From Haplodiscus bocki (taxonomy: Eukaryota): 64,000 nucleotides of DNA. The stretch is from NCBI GenBank assembly GCA_965655095.1, contig OZ296658.1:32674001-32738000 (forward strand), in the 5' to 3' direction. A program made the position numbers and the translations under genes. Of this stretch, positions 11,591 through 25,812 are shown in pieces. Below the pieces are notes generated by a model. It did no database searches. It saw only the letters and a program-made list of their open reading frames with translations, and was not told where the DNA came from. Each line of letters opens with the position of its first letter. Within the stretch, counting starts at the first letter, position 1.

Positions 11591-12240
11591 ATGCCTGAAT
11601 TCATCCTTTTAGCAGAATCGAATGGAATTACGTTAAGAAATTTGGACTTGAAAATTGATGGTGATGTCGAAATTCTTTGCGCGAGCGGAGCAAAAATAAG
11701 ACACCAACGAATTGGTATTAGCTGGATTGCTCTACTGAGTAAAGCCTTTGGCATGCAGCCAACAAAAATGATCGTTGCATCATGTTATACTTCTGAATTT
11801 TTTAGGGTTTGCAGATCATCAGATTGGCCACCTCAAATATTGAAAGGAATAAAATGACACCCTATCAAGAGATGGAAGAACTATTGCTCATGGTCGAATT
11901 GTGTCGGCGAGAAACAAATGTACTATTGTTCTTCATGAAGTGTAGTAGAAGGTGCGATGTTGATAGGGAAGCGAAGAACCTTGAACACCACCCAAAAGCA
12001 TGCCTTACGTATTGCCACAAAAGTTGACACGAGCTCTTAATGAGTGGTGGAAGGAAAGCAAACTGAATTTTAGATTTTTCGGGGCCCACGCTTTGGAAAG
12101 CAAAAACACATTCGAATTAGACACCTACAGGAAATGATGCTGTTCACATTTGAAGCTTTGTTTCTTAGGAAATCTGCTGAAATGCCTAGCGGCACTTTCT
12201 ATACAAGAGTGAATCTGAGAAAAGCCGAAAAATAAAGGCG
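11591..12240 (+). pseudogene. SGNH/GDSL-hydrolase-like domain, degraded (copy 1)
   Basis: EFILLAESNG (block I, GDS-like), VEILCASGAKI (block II, xxGAxI), LLFFMKCSRRCD (PRxD-like); frameshifted. Confidence 0.4.
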
Positions 12241-13851
12241 CTCAAAAGACAGCAGCAAATTCATTTTTCGGTAACCAGAAGAAGCTCCGTGCAGTCAGCG
12301 CCTGAACAACTAGCGGGACAAACTAACATCGAATTTCAGTTCGTGCTTTATCTTTCTTGAGTTGTTCTGCAACTGTAATTTTTGACAAGAATGATTATTC
12401 ATTTGACATAACAATTGAGTTGTTTAGGTTTTGAATAGTAATTTTCCTTGGAAATGCCAATCTTTATATTTTTGTTGCTGAATAATTTACTAACGTCAAT
12501 ATTTTTGATGTCAAAATAAAAGTGCTGTCACCGTCTTGTTTGACAAGAACGCTTAGTCTTTTCACATAACAATCGAACTGTTTCGGTTTGTTATAGCAGT
12601 GTTCAAAAGCGTGTCATAATAATAATTCTGAGCTGTTCAATTAATTAATGACGCGAGTGATTATGCAATCAGAAAAGTGAATTATTATGAATGACATTCG
12701 AACAAAAAAGTCCAAAACAGATAATTTTCTCACATTAATCGCGCCGAGGGTGCGAAGAATTTTTTTACAAGGACCCAATAGTGCATTTTTTTCATTCGTT
12801 GAAATGTTCTCTACGATAGAGTTGCCTGATTATCTGGCTCCCATAGCGAAAGAACTTTATAAAAGACGTTATATTGCAGAAAAAGTCAAAAACTTTGACT
12901 TTAATCGCACCTGTTGACCAGAGAATATTCTTCAAAGACTTAGATGCGCAAGTTTTTTGAATCTTTGAAGTGTTGTTTGCAACAGATTTGCTTCACATTA
13001 ACTTGCAAAACGAATTGTTTGGTTTTCGATCGTCAAATTCCCGTCTATGTGAATGGTATTTCCTTTCGACTGTGAAACCATTGTTGATTCCAGTCTCTAA
13101 GTTCAATACCCAACAACTTTTTTCAACTATTTTGCGGCCACATTATGCATAGTGAGCAAACATTTGAGGCGTTCATCCAAATAGGGTATCTCAGCCTCTG
13201 AAAGTTTTTATTCCATCACGCGTTGCGTTGCCGCTTTTTAGATCCCAAGCTCCACGGATCTGCTCTCTATAAATCCAACCTGAAAACAACTCAGACGCAT
13301 ATGAAGCTTTTCCACCCCAAGAACAAGGCCACATGTTAAATGATTTTCAAATTAACGAACTTCGAACCGGAGGAGTGGACGTCATGAGAGGTGAACAGAA
13401 AATCAACGCCGCGTCTCATTTATGGCTTTTTTGAGTACAAAATAAAGTTTTCTGGTGTATTGTGGAAAAATTCTTCTGGAAAATTGTGCGGTTGCTTAGA
13501 AAAGTCGAAGTCAATGAAATGCCCTGGAACAGGCCAGGCCTATGCTTAGAAAACGGTTTTTTTTCGATCCATATAACAGAAACAATTTTTCATTTTTGTA
13601 TATAAGTCGTGCTTCTAGCAGCGACGTACTTCCGACGTGAGCTATAATTCTAAAGAATTTCTGAATTGGATTTTTTTCAACTTTATTTTTCATGTTTGTT
13701 TTCAAGAAAACCGTAGACACCAAATGAATACACCAAGGTCTCCCTAGACAGAGTCAGAAGGAACACCTTGACCCCACAGTTGACCTCTGATATTACCGGT
13801 GAGACTTCTGAATTTGTTTTTGTGAGTTTGATTTTCAAAAATTAAGCGAAA

Positions 13852-16800
13852 ATGAGCACAGGTGCAACATTAGAAGTAAAGTTGAAAAAAACAAAAGGGA
13901 CAACACGAACGATTTGAACACTTTTTGCTGCATGTTGATTGAGAGGGTAACCAGTATTAGTTAGAACGATACTAGCTCCTCAGTCAAATACTTTCTGTAA
14001 GCTGAAGAATTTAAAAACAGCGGTTGAATATGAAAAGTTGCAGAAATCGCAGCTCCGGTGCCTAGTACGACTGAATCAAATGATTCATGCAATGTAGTTT
14101 ATGAAAACTTGGATTCTACCACTACGTGAAATGATTTTGCATATCTAGTTTTAGACAATGTCAAAATGTCAAAAAACTCATCTAAACAAACCTCATCTTT
14201 GCAGAAATTGAAAGGCCCACACATCTGATGAGAAAATAATGTCACCATAAACAGCTTCAGAAATTCCTGAAAAAACTAAAAATAGCTTAAAAAGTGCAAA
14301 AATCGATTCAACCGTGAATTGCTAAATTCATTGCTCAGATTCGATGAGCAAACAGCATCTGTGACAGCTAAAAATTCGACTAAAACTCAAAACCAAAAAT
14401 AAATGGTCGACTAGGAAAAAATGAGTGCTCTATTGACACAGTTCTAGCCCCTCTAGCTTTAACAATGACTCTTGGAGCCTCAACATTTTGACGGAATTGA
14501 AAAATGGAAAAACAAGGAATGTTTTTGATGTCTAAACTTACTTTCGAGCGATGAATTCGCGAACGCTACGGAGGAGACTAAAGACAAAGGAAGATGCAAT
14601 CTGATACTCAAAATTTGTGCATTTTGTTTAGTTTTTTTAGGAGGTTTAAAGATCTGGACAAAGCTTCATTTTTGTAAAACTTTTATTGTTTTCTAAAACT
14701 TGCACAATAAAACAACAAAGAACTGGAATGAACATAAATCGATTTAAGATCACACGGGAGGCACAAATAAAAGTCAGCAGAAACATCTGAAATATGATAA
14801 AATAGCTGCTTTTCCTAAGAGTGTGAATGGCCTGTAAATCCCAGAACGAGGCTCTGAGACTACCAGGGTACTGAAGGTGAGTCACGCAGTGCAATATTCA
14901 ACAGAGCATTTGGAGTTCCCAAAGGTCGAAAAAAGTAAGGCACCAACGAAACGGTCAATTTAAGAAAAATTAGGTATGGATAGAACATTTTTTGCAATCT
15001 GTACAAAAATTAAAGGCCGAGCAGCAGCCTAAACTATGATCATCGGACAATATGATGGACAAGGAGCATGGACGTTTGTAGAAGAAGATTTTGAAAGATT
15101 CATGAACGCGCGGAAGTTACATGCATTTTACAGTCCGGGCTGCAGATTGCTACTCAGATGTGTTCACCAAAAGTTAAAGTACTTGAGGCGCAGGCTCTTG
15201 GGGCGCTTATTAGAGGCACAATTTCAGCAGCCTCAGTTGACGGAAAACCAAATACTGAGCAAATAGAATGTGCAGAAAAGACCCAAATTACTTTCCAGCA
15301 AAGCGAACGCAGCAGATTATTAAATCGGCCGCCAGCAAGACTTCAACATTGAAAGAGGAATTGAAAGTGCTCAGGTGTTTTTCTGGGCGGTGTTTTCATA
15401 AAAATTTCGGCCCAGAGAAGATAAAGTGTTCAGGAATAGAGAAGTGGTTAGATCAGATATACAGTGAGGGCAAACCAAAAAGCACTGACCACAAGCAGTT
15501 TTGAACAGAGGAAGGTTGAGTCAAGCATAAATCAGGAGAGTTATGCTTATACAGTTTCAAAATTATTATGCCAATGGCTCAAATATTATATCTTGCAAAA
15601 ACAGACTCCTTTCGTTACTGGTGAGGTAACTTCAGATGTAACGAGCATGAGCAATGAGAAACCGGTGAAAAACGAGTTCGGTTCGTTGAACATTTCCCTG
15701 GGTTTTGCAAATAATGAGTGTATCAAAATTTCACCTGACTTGAAAAAACATGAGAGCTGCGGTGAGCAGAACAATTGGATTCCGGTGTTTCTGGAAAACA
15801 TAGACAAAATTTTACAAGAATACTTCAAGATCAGTATTTCAACAGATGCAAAAGGCGAAACACTGAAGACTGACATTAACAATATGAAGCATTTTGGGAA
15901 GTTAATGCGTAGAACAGAAGTATTGAGGGGAAAATGTTTTGCTTTTTCACTCATAGACATCAGTGTGTGTGACTGGACATGGGATCGACGATGTTGGACC
16001 AGATGCTCAATACCGCAAAAAATAGACTTATGCAGGAAAATGCTTACGCTAATATAAATGAAGCACCTGAGGATTACATAGCCTCGACGAGGCTAGATTT
16101 ACCAGATGCTTTTGGGAAGGCGACAGCGACAGCAGAAATCTGGCCTGCGACATGAATGTTTTAGGAAAAAAAGGCTCATATCGCAGAGTATACTCTGCAT
16201 GAAAGAGGCAACAGGCCAGCTGCATGCGGCTTTGTGACTCTGTTTAACCATGAAAAAAGAAGACGTCGATTGAAAAACCTTACCACTTTATCATTCTAGT
16301 CACAAATAAAAACAAAAACAAAAACAATTGGAATGGCTTTTCCTGATGCCTGAAAGTGTCCATGGTTTTGATTTTTTCGTTCGTCCAAAAGTTATATCTT
16401 TTTAGAGCTCACTCAACCCTTCTAACATAAGTTACAGGCCATGATCTTTGCAACATGCATTTTTTGTTGCCATTTGAAGATTTTGGGAAAAAACCAGGAA
16501 TTTGCAGATCCTGAAAAATTCTATACTGTTTGTAAGTAGCAGGTGTACACCAGTGGATTAGCCGACGGAAAGTTTAGTGATTATGTCTTTCTAAATTTGG
16601 CCAGCCCAATAATAATACCAATGGTGCCAGACATATCGATGAAACGGCAGGTTAGATCTTGAAAAGGAACTTTTAATTGATTACAGAACTCATGATATTT
16701 ACACTAAATCACTGAAACATGGTAAAGATGTTGCTGAAATGCTCCATTAGGAAATGAGTGCTCAGGTTGAACAACTGATACGAAGTGTGAGACTCGTTGC

Positions 16801-18140
16801 GGAAGCTGTCAAATCAGAATATGTGGGTCGTTTCTAATAAATTTTCCACAATATCAAAGAGGAAGTCACCCAGAGCGTCTACTGTGATAATCCTGAAACG
16901 TCCCAGATGACATGCCTAGAGAAAAAAACACAGTTTGGAATTCCTGATGTTGAAACAAACGGTCAGTCGTCTGGTGGATTTTCTCTGGATTGAAAAGCAT
17001 CCTTGAAAAGTGCCGCACTGAATGATCTTTTGAAGCAGGCGCCAAATTTCTGAAAACGCAATTAGAGATGAGTCAAAACAACTTTTTGAATACTACCGAA
17101 AGACAAATTTTTTTACAGCTTTTGAAGACTTGGGATGAGAAATTTGGATTCCATAATGTTTTTGATCGCCCTCAAAAACTGTTCTTTGTCCTATTCAAGA
17201 CTACAGTTGTAGATTCAGAATCTGAACTCAAAGCTGTCGGAAACTTTCCTCTGCATTGTTTAATCTTTACATGGAAGATTGTTTGTGCAAAAATCTAAAT
17301 CTTGCATCAAAAATCAGTATATCGACAAGATGTAAATCACTTTGCCGAAGAGCTTTTGTCGAGTCAGAGAACAACCAGAGAGAACGCCAGGGCCCGTAAG
17401 TTTGCAAATTTGGAGCTGGATGTAGATGCCATGTTGGAGAAAATTGCTTCAAACGTTTCACTTCAAGAAAATTAGAGCAGCTCTGTTAGAACGATTGAGA
17501 AAGTCAATCGAAACACTCAGTTGATCGAATTCCAGAGGTACTCCATACAAAACAAAAGTGCGTTTGCCATCTGTACTGCCAACTGATAGTGAACTTTCTA
17601 AAATCTTGCGACAGCCATTTCATATGGAATCAAGTGGCAAAGATTTTGTGGAGCTGATAAAATAGTGAGAAAGGCCCGATACTGAGATGTGACAAAACGA
17701 TCAGGAAGGTGAAGAAAATGGAATGTTCACGCTTCGGAAAAACAAGTTCAGAGAAAAGGTGATCGATTACCAAGCACTTTAAGATGTATATTGCAAACAC
17801 ATGAGAAGATAATAACCAAAACCAAAAAAACTACCACGTAATGGCATTCCAAGCTTTTGATAAAATCCAAAAAACGCAAGGACAAAATGACAGCTGGGAC
17901 TGTCGAGAAGTGGCTATGTGAATTCACTGAAGAGGAGCTATCAAACATTGTCGTCTTAGACCGTAAAGGTAAGTGCGAGTGTCATAACTTCAAATCCAAG
18001 GGCCCCATGATCAATGATGCACCAAACAACAAACTTGCAAACCTCAAAAAACAAAAGTTATTCTACAAGGCCACATGATATTATACTGCACAGCTCTATG
18101 TGATATGCCTGCCAGAACGCAACTGAACTATCAATACAAT
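13852..18140 (+). pseudogene. Tyrosine recombinase plus downstream SET domain, degraded (copy 1)
   Basis: YR motifs in order: ERGNRPAACGFVTL (R 16213), FIILVTN.KTKTIGMAF..FFVRP (16290-16390), TNGARH (R 16629), SLKHGKDVAEMLH* (16709-16750). SET: KVID...GVY-like start (~17756), GPMINDAPNNKLANLK (18001-), TALCDMPARTQLNYQY (18090-18137). Start codon tentative. Confidence 0.65.
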
Positions 18141-19265
18141 TTTCTGATAAAGTACACTTGAGGTGAGTATTTCTCGGTTTTCAAGAGTGACATTGATGTA
18201 TCGACCGTGGTCGTGCAATGCGTCTCATCTGAGCCTCCGATTGTAACGAAAGATATGTTTAGAACACGAAAGTAACATTAGCACCCATACGCGACGTCGA
18301 AATGGCAATCAAATACATTGGAGAAAACATGGAGAGTTTGACTAGCCGAAATCTGGGTTAAGTCCCTTTGCTAACGGAAACTGAAATCGAGGACCTCCGA
18401 AACTCATCTGAACTCGTGAATCATGACATGTTAGTGAATTTTTTTCTGTGTTGAGAGAAAATTTGGACAAAATATTTTTATTAGTCAGAGTATTGGAAAC
18501 TGGATATATCTGGCCTTCATGAAATTATTCTCAAAGATATCAAAGCATCAGTTCCAGTTGGAGTACATTTGCCCATAAGTGACGCTATTCTCACTGATGT
18601 CACAACCGAATGCGTTATCGGAGGATAGAAAGATTTCAATTGGGAAAGTAATAGCGTGCCTTTACTATTAGAGTCATTTTTCCATAACTTCAGCCATAAA
18701 TTGGAGCTGGCCCGCGCGAAACGGGAAATAATTCCTATCTTGAAGAGTGGTGGGGCTATCTTGAGCGGAAAAACTTCTCTGAAAATTTGGTTCTGAGCAG
18801 TTGTGAAGTTTTAGCTGCTGCTCCAATGTACATTCCCGTAAACGAATTGAAAGAGTCTAAGAGAGGTAGAAAAAATGATCACCGGATCCCAGACACCGAC
18901 TTCACCAATGAAATCCTGGCATTCATTGATTATCCCGAAAGCGCGCTTTTGACAGAATAGCAGCAATATGTTTCAGCCTTCACAGCTTTCAAAGTAATGC
19001 CTTTCATACAAGTTCCTCCTTTCATCCATTTAAACTTTACTTCATAAGAGTCAGGAAGTTTAACTGTAAATAATCCCCTTTAATGCATTCTCATTATAAT
19101 CCTCAACACTCCACATTGATTGAATTGCTTCCTTTCCTTTTACTTGTGATTTCACTATCCAGATTTTTTGGTTCCATTAGTCTAGCAATTGAAATATACC
19201 AAATCTAGACTTATTTTGCTACCCAATTCGGAAAACCTGCATCTTTCCCTGCAACGTATTTAGCA

Positions 19266-19915
19266 ATGTCTGAATTCATCCTTTTAGCAGAATCGAATGG
19301 AATTAGGTTCAAAAATTCTGACTTGAAAATTGATGGCGATGTCGAAATTCTTTGCGCGAGCGGAGCAAAAATAAGACACCAACGAATTGGTATTAGCTGG
19401 ATTGCTCTACTGAGTAAAGCCTTTGGCATGCAGCCAACAAAAATGATCGTTGCATCATGTTATACTTCTGAATTTTTTAGGGTTTGCAGATCATCAGATT
19501 GGCCACCTCAAATATTGAAAGGAATAAAATGACACCCTATCAAGAGATGGAAGAACTATTGCTCATGGTCGAATTGTGTCGGCGAGAAACAAATGTACTA
19601 TTGTTCTTCATGAAGTGTAGTAGAAGGTGCGATGTTGATAGGGAAGCGAAGAACCTTGAACACCACCCAAAAGCATGCCTTACGTATTGCCACAAAAGTT
19701 GACACGAGCTCTTAATGAGTGGTGGAAGGAAAGCAAACTGAATTTTAGATTTTTCGGGGCCCACGCTTTGGAAAGCAAAAACACATTCGAATTAGACACC
19801 TACAGGAAATGATGCTGTTCACATTTGAAGCTTTGTTTCTTAGGAAATCTGCTGAAATGCCTAGCGGCACTTTCTATACAAGAGTGAATCTGAGAAAAGC
19901 CGAAAAATAAAGGCG
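19266..19915 (+). pseudogene. SGNH/GDSL-hydrolase-like domain, degraded (copy 2)
   Basis: Near-identical to 11591-12240. Confidence 0.4.
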
Positions 19916-21526
19916 CTCAAAAGAGAGCAGCAAATTCATTTTTCGGTAACCAGAAGAAGCTCCGTGCAATCAGCGCCTGAACAACTAGCGGGACAAACTA
20001 ACATCGAATTTCAGTTCGTGCTTTATCTTTCTTGAGTTGTTCTGCAACTGTAATTTTTGACAAGAATGATTATTCATTTGACATAACAATTGAGTTGTTT
20101 AGGTTTTGAATAGTAATTTTCCTTGGAAATGCCAATCTTTATATTTTTGTTGCTGAATAATTTACTAACGTCAATATTTTTGATGTCAAAATAAAAGTGC
20201 TGTCACCGTCTTGTTTGACAAGAACGCTTAGTCTTTTCACATAACAATCGAACTGTTTCGGTTTGTTATAGCAGTGTTCAAAAGCGTGTCATAATAATAA
20301 TTCTGAGCTGTTCAATTAATTAATGACGCGAGTGATTATGCAATCAGAAAAGTGAATTATTATGAATGACATTCGAACAAAAAAGTCCAAAACAGATAAT
20401 TTTCTCACATTAATCGCGCCGAGGGTGCGAAGAATTTTTTTACAAGGACCCAATAGTGCATTTTTTTCATTCGTTGAAATGTTCTCTACGATAGAGTTGC
20501 CTGATTATCTGGCTCCCATAGCGAAAGAACTTTATAAAAGACGTTATATTGCAGAAAAAGTCAAAAACTTTGACTTTAATCGCACCTGTTGACCAGAGAA
20601 TATTCTTCAAAGACTTAGATGCGCAAGTTTTTTGAATCTTTGAAGTGTTGTTTGCAACAGATTTGCTTCACATTAACTTGCAAAACGAATTGTTTGGTTT
20701 TCGATCGTCAAATTCCCGTCTATGTGAATGGTATTTCCTTTCGACTGTGAAACCATTGTTGATTCCAGTCTCTAAGTTCAATACCCAACAACTTTTTTCA
20801 ACTATTTTGCGGCCACATTATGCATAGTGAGCAAACATTTGAGGCGTTCATCCAAATAGGGTATCTCAGCCTCTGAAAGTTTTTATTCCATCACGCGTTG
20901 CGTTGCCGCTTTTTAGATCCCAAGCTCCACGGATCTGCTCTCTATAAATCCAACCTGAAAACAACTCAGACGCATATGAAGCTTTTCCACCCCAAGAACA
21001 AGGCCACATGTTAAATGATTTTCAAATTAACGAACTTCGAACCGGAGGAGTGGACGTCATGAGAGGTGAACAGAAAATCAACGCCGCGTCTCATTTATGG
21101 CTTTTTTGAGTACAAAATAAAGTTTTCTGGTGTATTGTGGAAAAATTCTTCTGGAAAATTGTGCGGTTGCTTAGAAAAGTCGAAGTCAATGAAATGCCCT
21201 GGAACAGGCCAGGCCTATGCTTAGAAAACGGTTTTTTTTCGATCCATATAACAGAAACAATTTTTCATTTTTGTATATAAGTCGTGCTTCTAGCAGCGAC
21301 GTACTTCCGACGTGAGCTATAATTCTAAAGAATTTCTGAATTGGATTTTTTTCAACTTTATTTTTCATGTTTGTTTTCAAGAAAACCGTAGACACCAAAT
21401 GAATACACCAAGGTCTCCCTAGACAGAGTCAGAAGGAACACCTTGACCCCACAGTTGACCTCTGATATTACCGGTGAGACTTCTGAATTTGTTTTTGTGA
21501 GTTTGATTTTCAAAAATTAAGCGAAA

Positions 21527-24500
21527 ATGAGCACAGGTGCAACATTAGAAGTAAAGTTGAAAAAAACAAAAGGGACAACACGAACGATTTGAACACTTTT
21601 TGCTGCATGTTGATTGAGAGGGTAACCAGTATTAGTTAGAACGATACTAGCTCCTCAGTCAAATACTTTCTGTAAGCTGAAGAATTTAAAAACAGCGGTT
21701 GAATATGAAAAGTTGCAGAAATCGCAGCTCCGGTGCCTAGTACGACTGAATCAAATGATTCATGCAATGTAGTTTATGAAAACTTGGATTCTACCACTAC
21801 GTGAAATGATTTTGCATATCTAGTTTTAGACAATGTCAAAATGTCAAAAAACTCATCTAAACAAACCTCATCTTTGCAGAAATTGAAAGGCCCACACATC
21901 TGATGAGAAAATAATGTCACCATAAACAGCTTCAGAAATTCCTGAAAAAACTAAAAATAGCTTAAAAAGTGCAAAAATCGATTCAACCGTGAATTGCTAA
22001 ATTCATTGCTCAGATTCGATGAGCAAACAGCATCTGTGACAGCTAAAAATTCGACTAAAACTCAAAACCAAAAATAAATGGTCGACTAGGAAAAAATGAG
22101 TGCTCTATTGACACAGTTCTAGCCCCTCTAGCTTTAACAATGACTCTTGGAGCCTCAACATTTTGACGGAATTGAAAAATGGAAAAACAAGGAATGTTTT
22201 TGATGTCTAAACTTACTTTCGAGCGATGAATTCGCGAACGCTACGGAGGAGACTAAAGACAAAGGAAGATGCAATCTGATACTCAAAATTTGTGCATTTT
22301 GTTTAGTTTTTTTAGGAGGTTTAAAGATCTGGACAAAGCTTCATTTTTGTAAAACTTTTATTGTTTTCTAAAACTTGCACAATAAAACAACAAAGAACTG
22401 GAATGAACATAAATCGATTTAAGATCACACGGGAGGCACAAAAAGTCAGCAGAAACATCTGAAATATGATAAAATAGCTGCTTTTCCTAAGAGTGTGAAT
22501 GGCCTGTAAATCCCAGAACGAGGCTCTGAGACTACCAGGGTACTGAAGGTGAGTCACGCAGTGCAATATTCAACAGAGCATTTGGAGTTCCCAAAGGTCG
22601 AAAAAAGTAAGGCACCAACGAAACGGTCAATTTAAGAAAAATTAGGTATGGATAGAACATTTTTTGCAATCTGTACAAAAATTAAAGGCCGAGCAGCAGC
22701 CTAAACTATGATCATCGGACAATATGATGGACAAGGAGCATGGACGTTTGTAGAAGAAGATTTTGAAAGATTCATGAACGCGCGGAAGTTACATGCATTT
22801 TACAGTCCGGGCTGCAGATTGCTACTCAGATGTGTTCACCAAAAGTTAAAGTACTTGAGGCGCAGGCTCTTGGGGCGCTTATTAGAGGCACAATTTCAGC
22901 AGCCTCAGTTGACGGAAAACCAAATACTGAGCAAATAGAATGTGCAGAAAAGACCCAAATTACTTTCCAGCAAAGCGAACGCAGCAGATTATTAAATCGG
23001 CCGCCAGCAAGACTTCAACATTGAAAGAGGAATTGAAAGTGCTCAGGTGTTTTTCTGGGCGGTGTTTTCATAAAAATTTCGGCCCAGAGAAGATAAAGTG
23101 TTCAGGAATAGAGAAGTGGTTAGATCAGATATACAGTGAGGGCAAACCAAAAAGCACTGACCACAAGCAGTTTTGAACAGAGGAAGGTTGAGTCAAGCAT
23201 AAATCAGGAGAGTTATGCTTATACAGTTTCAAAATTATTATGCCAATGGCTCAAATATTATATCTTGCAAAAACAGACTCCTTTCGTTACTGGTGAGGTA
23301 ACTTCAGATGTAACGAGCATGAGCAATGAGAAACCGGTGAAAAACGAGTTCGGTTCGTTGAACATTTCCCTGGGTTTTGCAAATAATGAGTGTATCAAAA
23401 TTTCACCTGACTTGAAAAAACATGAGAGCTGCGGTGAGCAGAACAATTGGATTCCGGTGTTTCTGGAAAACATAGACAAAATTTTACAAGAATACTTCAA
23501 GATCAGTATTTCAACAGATGCAAAAGGCGAAACACTGAAGACTGACATTAACAATATGAAGCATTTTGGGAAGTTAATGCGTAGAACAGAAGTATTGAGG
23601 GGAAAATGTTTTGCTTTTTCACTCATAGACATCAGTGTGTGTGACTGGACATGGGATCGACGATGTTGGACCAGATGCTCAATACCGCAAAAAATAGATT
23701 TATGACGGAAAAAACTTACGCTAATATAAATGAAGCACTTGAGGGTTACATAGCCTCCCGAAAGCTAGATTTATTAGATGCCTTTGGGAAGGCGACAGCG
23801 ACAGCAGCAATCTGGACTGCGACATGAATGTTTTAGGAAAAAACGGCTCATATCGCAGAGTATACTCTGCATGAAAGAGGCAACAGGCCAGCTGCATGCG
23901 GCTTTGTGACTCTGTTTAACCATGAAAAAAGAAGACGTCGATTGAAAAACCTTACCACTTTATCATTCTAGTCACAAATAAAAACAAAAACAAAAACAAT
24001 TGGAATGGCTTTTCCTGATGCCTGAAAGTGTCCATGGTTTTGATTTTTTCGTTCGTCCAAAAGTTATATCTTTTTAGAGCTCACTCAACCCTTCTAACAT
24101 AAGTTACAGGCCATGATCTTTGCAACATGCATTTTTTGTTGCCATTTGAAGATTTTGGGAAAAAACCAGGAATTTGCAGATCCTGAAAAATTCTATACTG
24201 TTTGTAAGTAGCAGGTGTACACCAGTGGATTAGCCGACGGAAAGTTTAGTGATTATGTCTTTCTAAATTTGGCCAGCCCAATAATAATACCAATGGTGCC
24301 AGACATATCGATGAAACGGCAGGTTAGATCTTGAAAAGGAACTTTTAATTGATTACAGAACTCATGATATTTACACTAAATCACTGAAACATGGTAAAGA
24401 TGTTGCTGAAATGCTCCATTAGGAAATGAGTGCTCAGGTTGAACAACTGATACGAAGTGTGAGACTCGTTGCGGAAGCTGTCAAATCAGAATATGTGGGT

Positions 24501-25812
24501 CGTTTCTAATAAATTTTCCACAATATCAAAGAGGAAGTCACCCAGAGCGTCTACTGTGATAATCCTGAAACGTCCCAGATGACATGCCTAGAGAAAAAAA
24601 CACAGTTTGGAATTCCTGATGTTGAAACAAACGGTCAGTCGTCTGGTGGATTTTCTCTGGATTGAAAAGCATCCTTGAAAAGTGCCGCACTGAATGATCT
24701 TTTGAAGCAGGCGCCAAATTTCTGAAAACGCAATTAGAGATGAGTCAAAACAACTTTTTGAATACTACCGAAAGACAAATTTTTTTACAGCTTTTGAAGA
24801 CTTGGGATGAGAAATTTGGATTCCATAATGTTTTTGATCGCCCTCAAAAACTGTTCTTTGTCCTATTCAAGACTACAGTTGTAGATTCAGAATCTGAACT
24901 CAAAGCTGTCGGAAACTTTCCTCTGCATTGTTTAATCTTTACATGGAAGATTGTTTGTGCAAAAATCTAAATCTTGCATCAAAAATCAGTATATCGACAA
25001 GATGTAAATCACTTTGCCGAAGAGCTTTTGTCGAGTCAGAGAACAACCAGAGAGAACGCCAGGGCCCGTAAGTTTGCAAATTTGGAGCTGGATGTAGATG
25101 CCATGTTGGAGAAAATTGCTTCAAACGTTTCACTTCAAGAAAATTAGAGCAGCTCTGTTAGAACGATTGAGAAAGTCAATCGAAACACTCAGTTGATCGA
25201 ATTCCAGAGGTACTCCATACAAAACAAAAGTGCGTTTGCCATCTGTACTGCCAACTGATAGTGAACTTTCTAAAATCTTGCGACAGCCATTTCATATGGA
25301 ATCAAGTGGCAAAGATTTTGTGGAGCTGATAAAATAGTGAGAAAGGCCCGATACTGAGATGTGACAAAACGATCAGGAAGGTGAAGAAAATGGAATGTTC
25401 ACGCTTCGGAAAAACAAGTTCAGAGAAAAGGTGATCGATTACCAAGCACTTTAAGATGTATATTGCAAACACATGAGAAGATAATAACCAAAACCAAAAA
25501 AACTACCACGTAATGGCATTCCAAGCTTTTGATAAAATCCAAAAAACGCAAGGACAAAATGACAGCTGGGACTGTCGAGAAGTGGCTATGTGAATTCACT
25601 GAAGAGGAGCTATCAAACATTGTCGTCTTAGACCGTAAAGGTAAGTGCGAGTGTCATAACTTCAAATCCAAGGGCCCAATGATCAATGATGCACCAAACA
25701 ACAAACTTGCAAACCTCAAAAAACAAAAGTTATTCTACAAGGCCACATGATATTATACTGCACAGCTCTATGTGATATGCCTGCCAGAACGCAACTGAAC
25801 TATCAATACAAT
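21527..25812 (+). pseudogene. Tyrosine recombinase plus SET domain, degraded (copy 2)
   Basis: Same motifs; first catalytic-type R at 23885; SET tail in ORFs 25529-25750 and 25747-25947. Confidence 0.65.

Larger units (their letters stand above)
11078..18236 (+). repeat. Tandem segmental repeat, copy 1 (its left end is at 6520-6664, separated by the Gypsy insertion/deletion)
   Basis: Same ORF set recurs at offsets of about +7675 and +15350 (e.g. 11591/19266/26943; 15036/22708/30388). Confidence 0.95.

Noticed and set aside
12380-12620. Degenerate ~158-bp direct repeat within the unit (TTTGACAAGAA...ACATAACAAT)
   Set aside because: Real but only two decayed copies, with no functional clue
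14221-14275. Hammerhead ribozyme at CTGATGAG...CAGAAA (also in copies 2 and 3)
   Set aside because: Stem II is weak and out of register and stems I and III are missing; lies in decayed coding sequence
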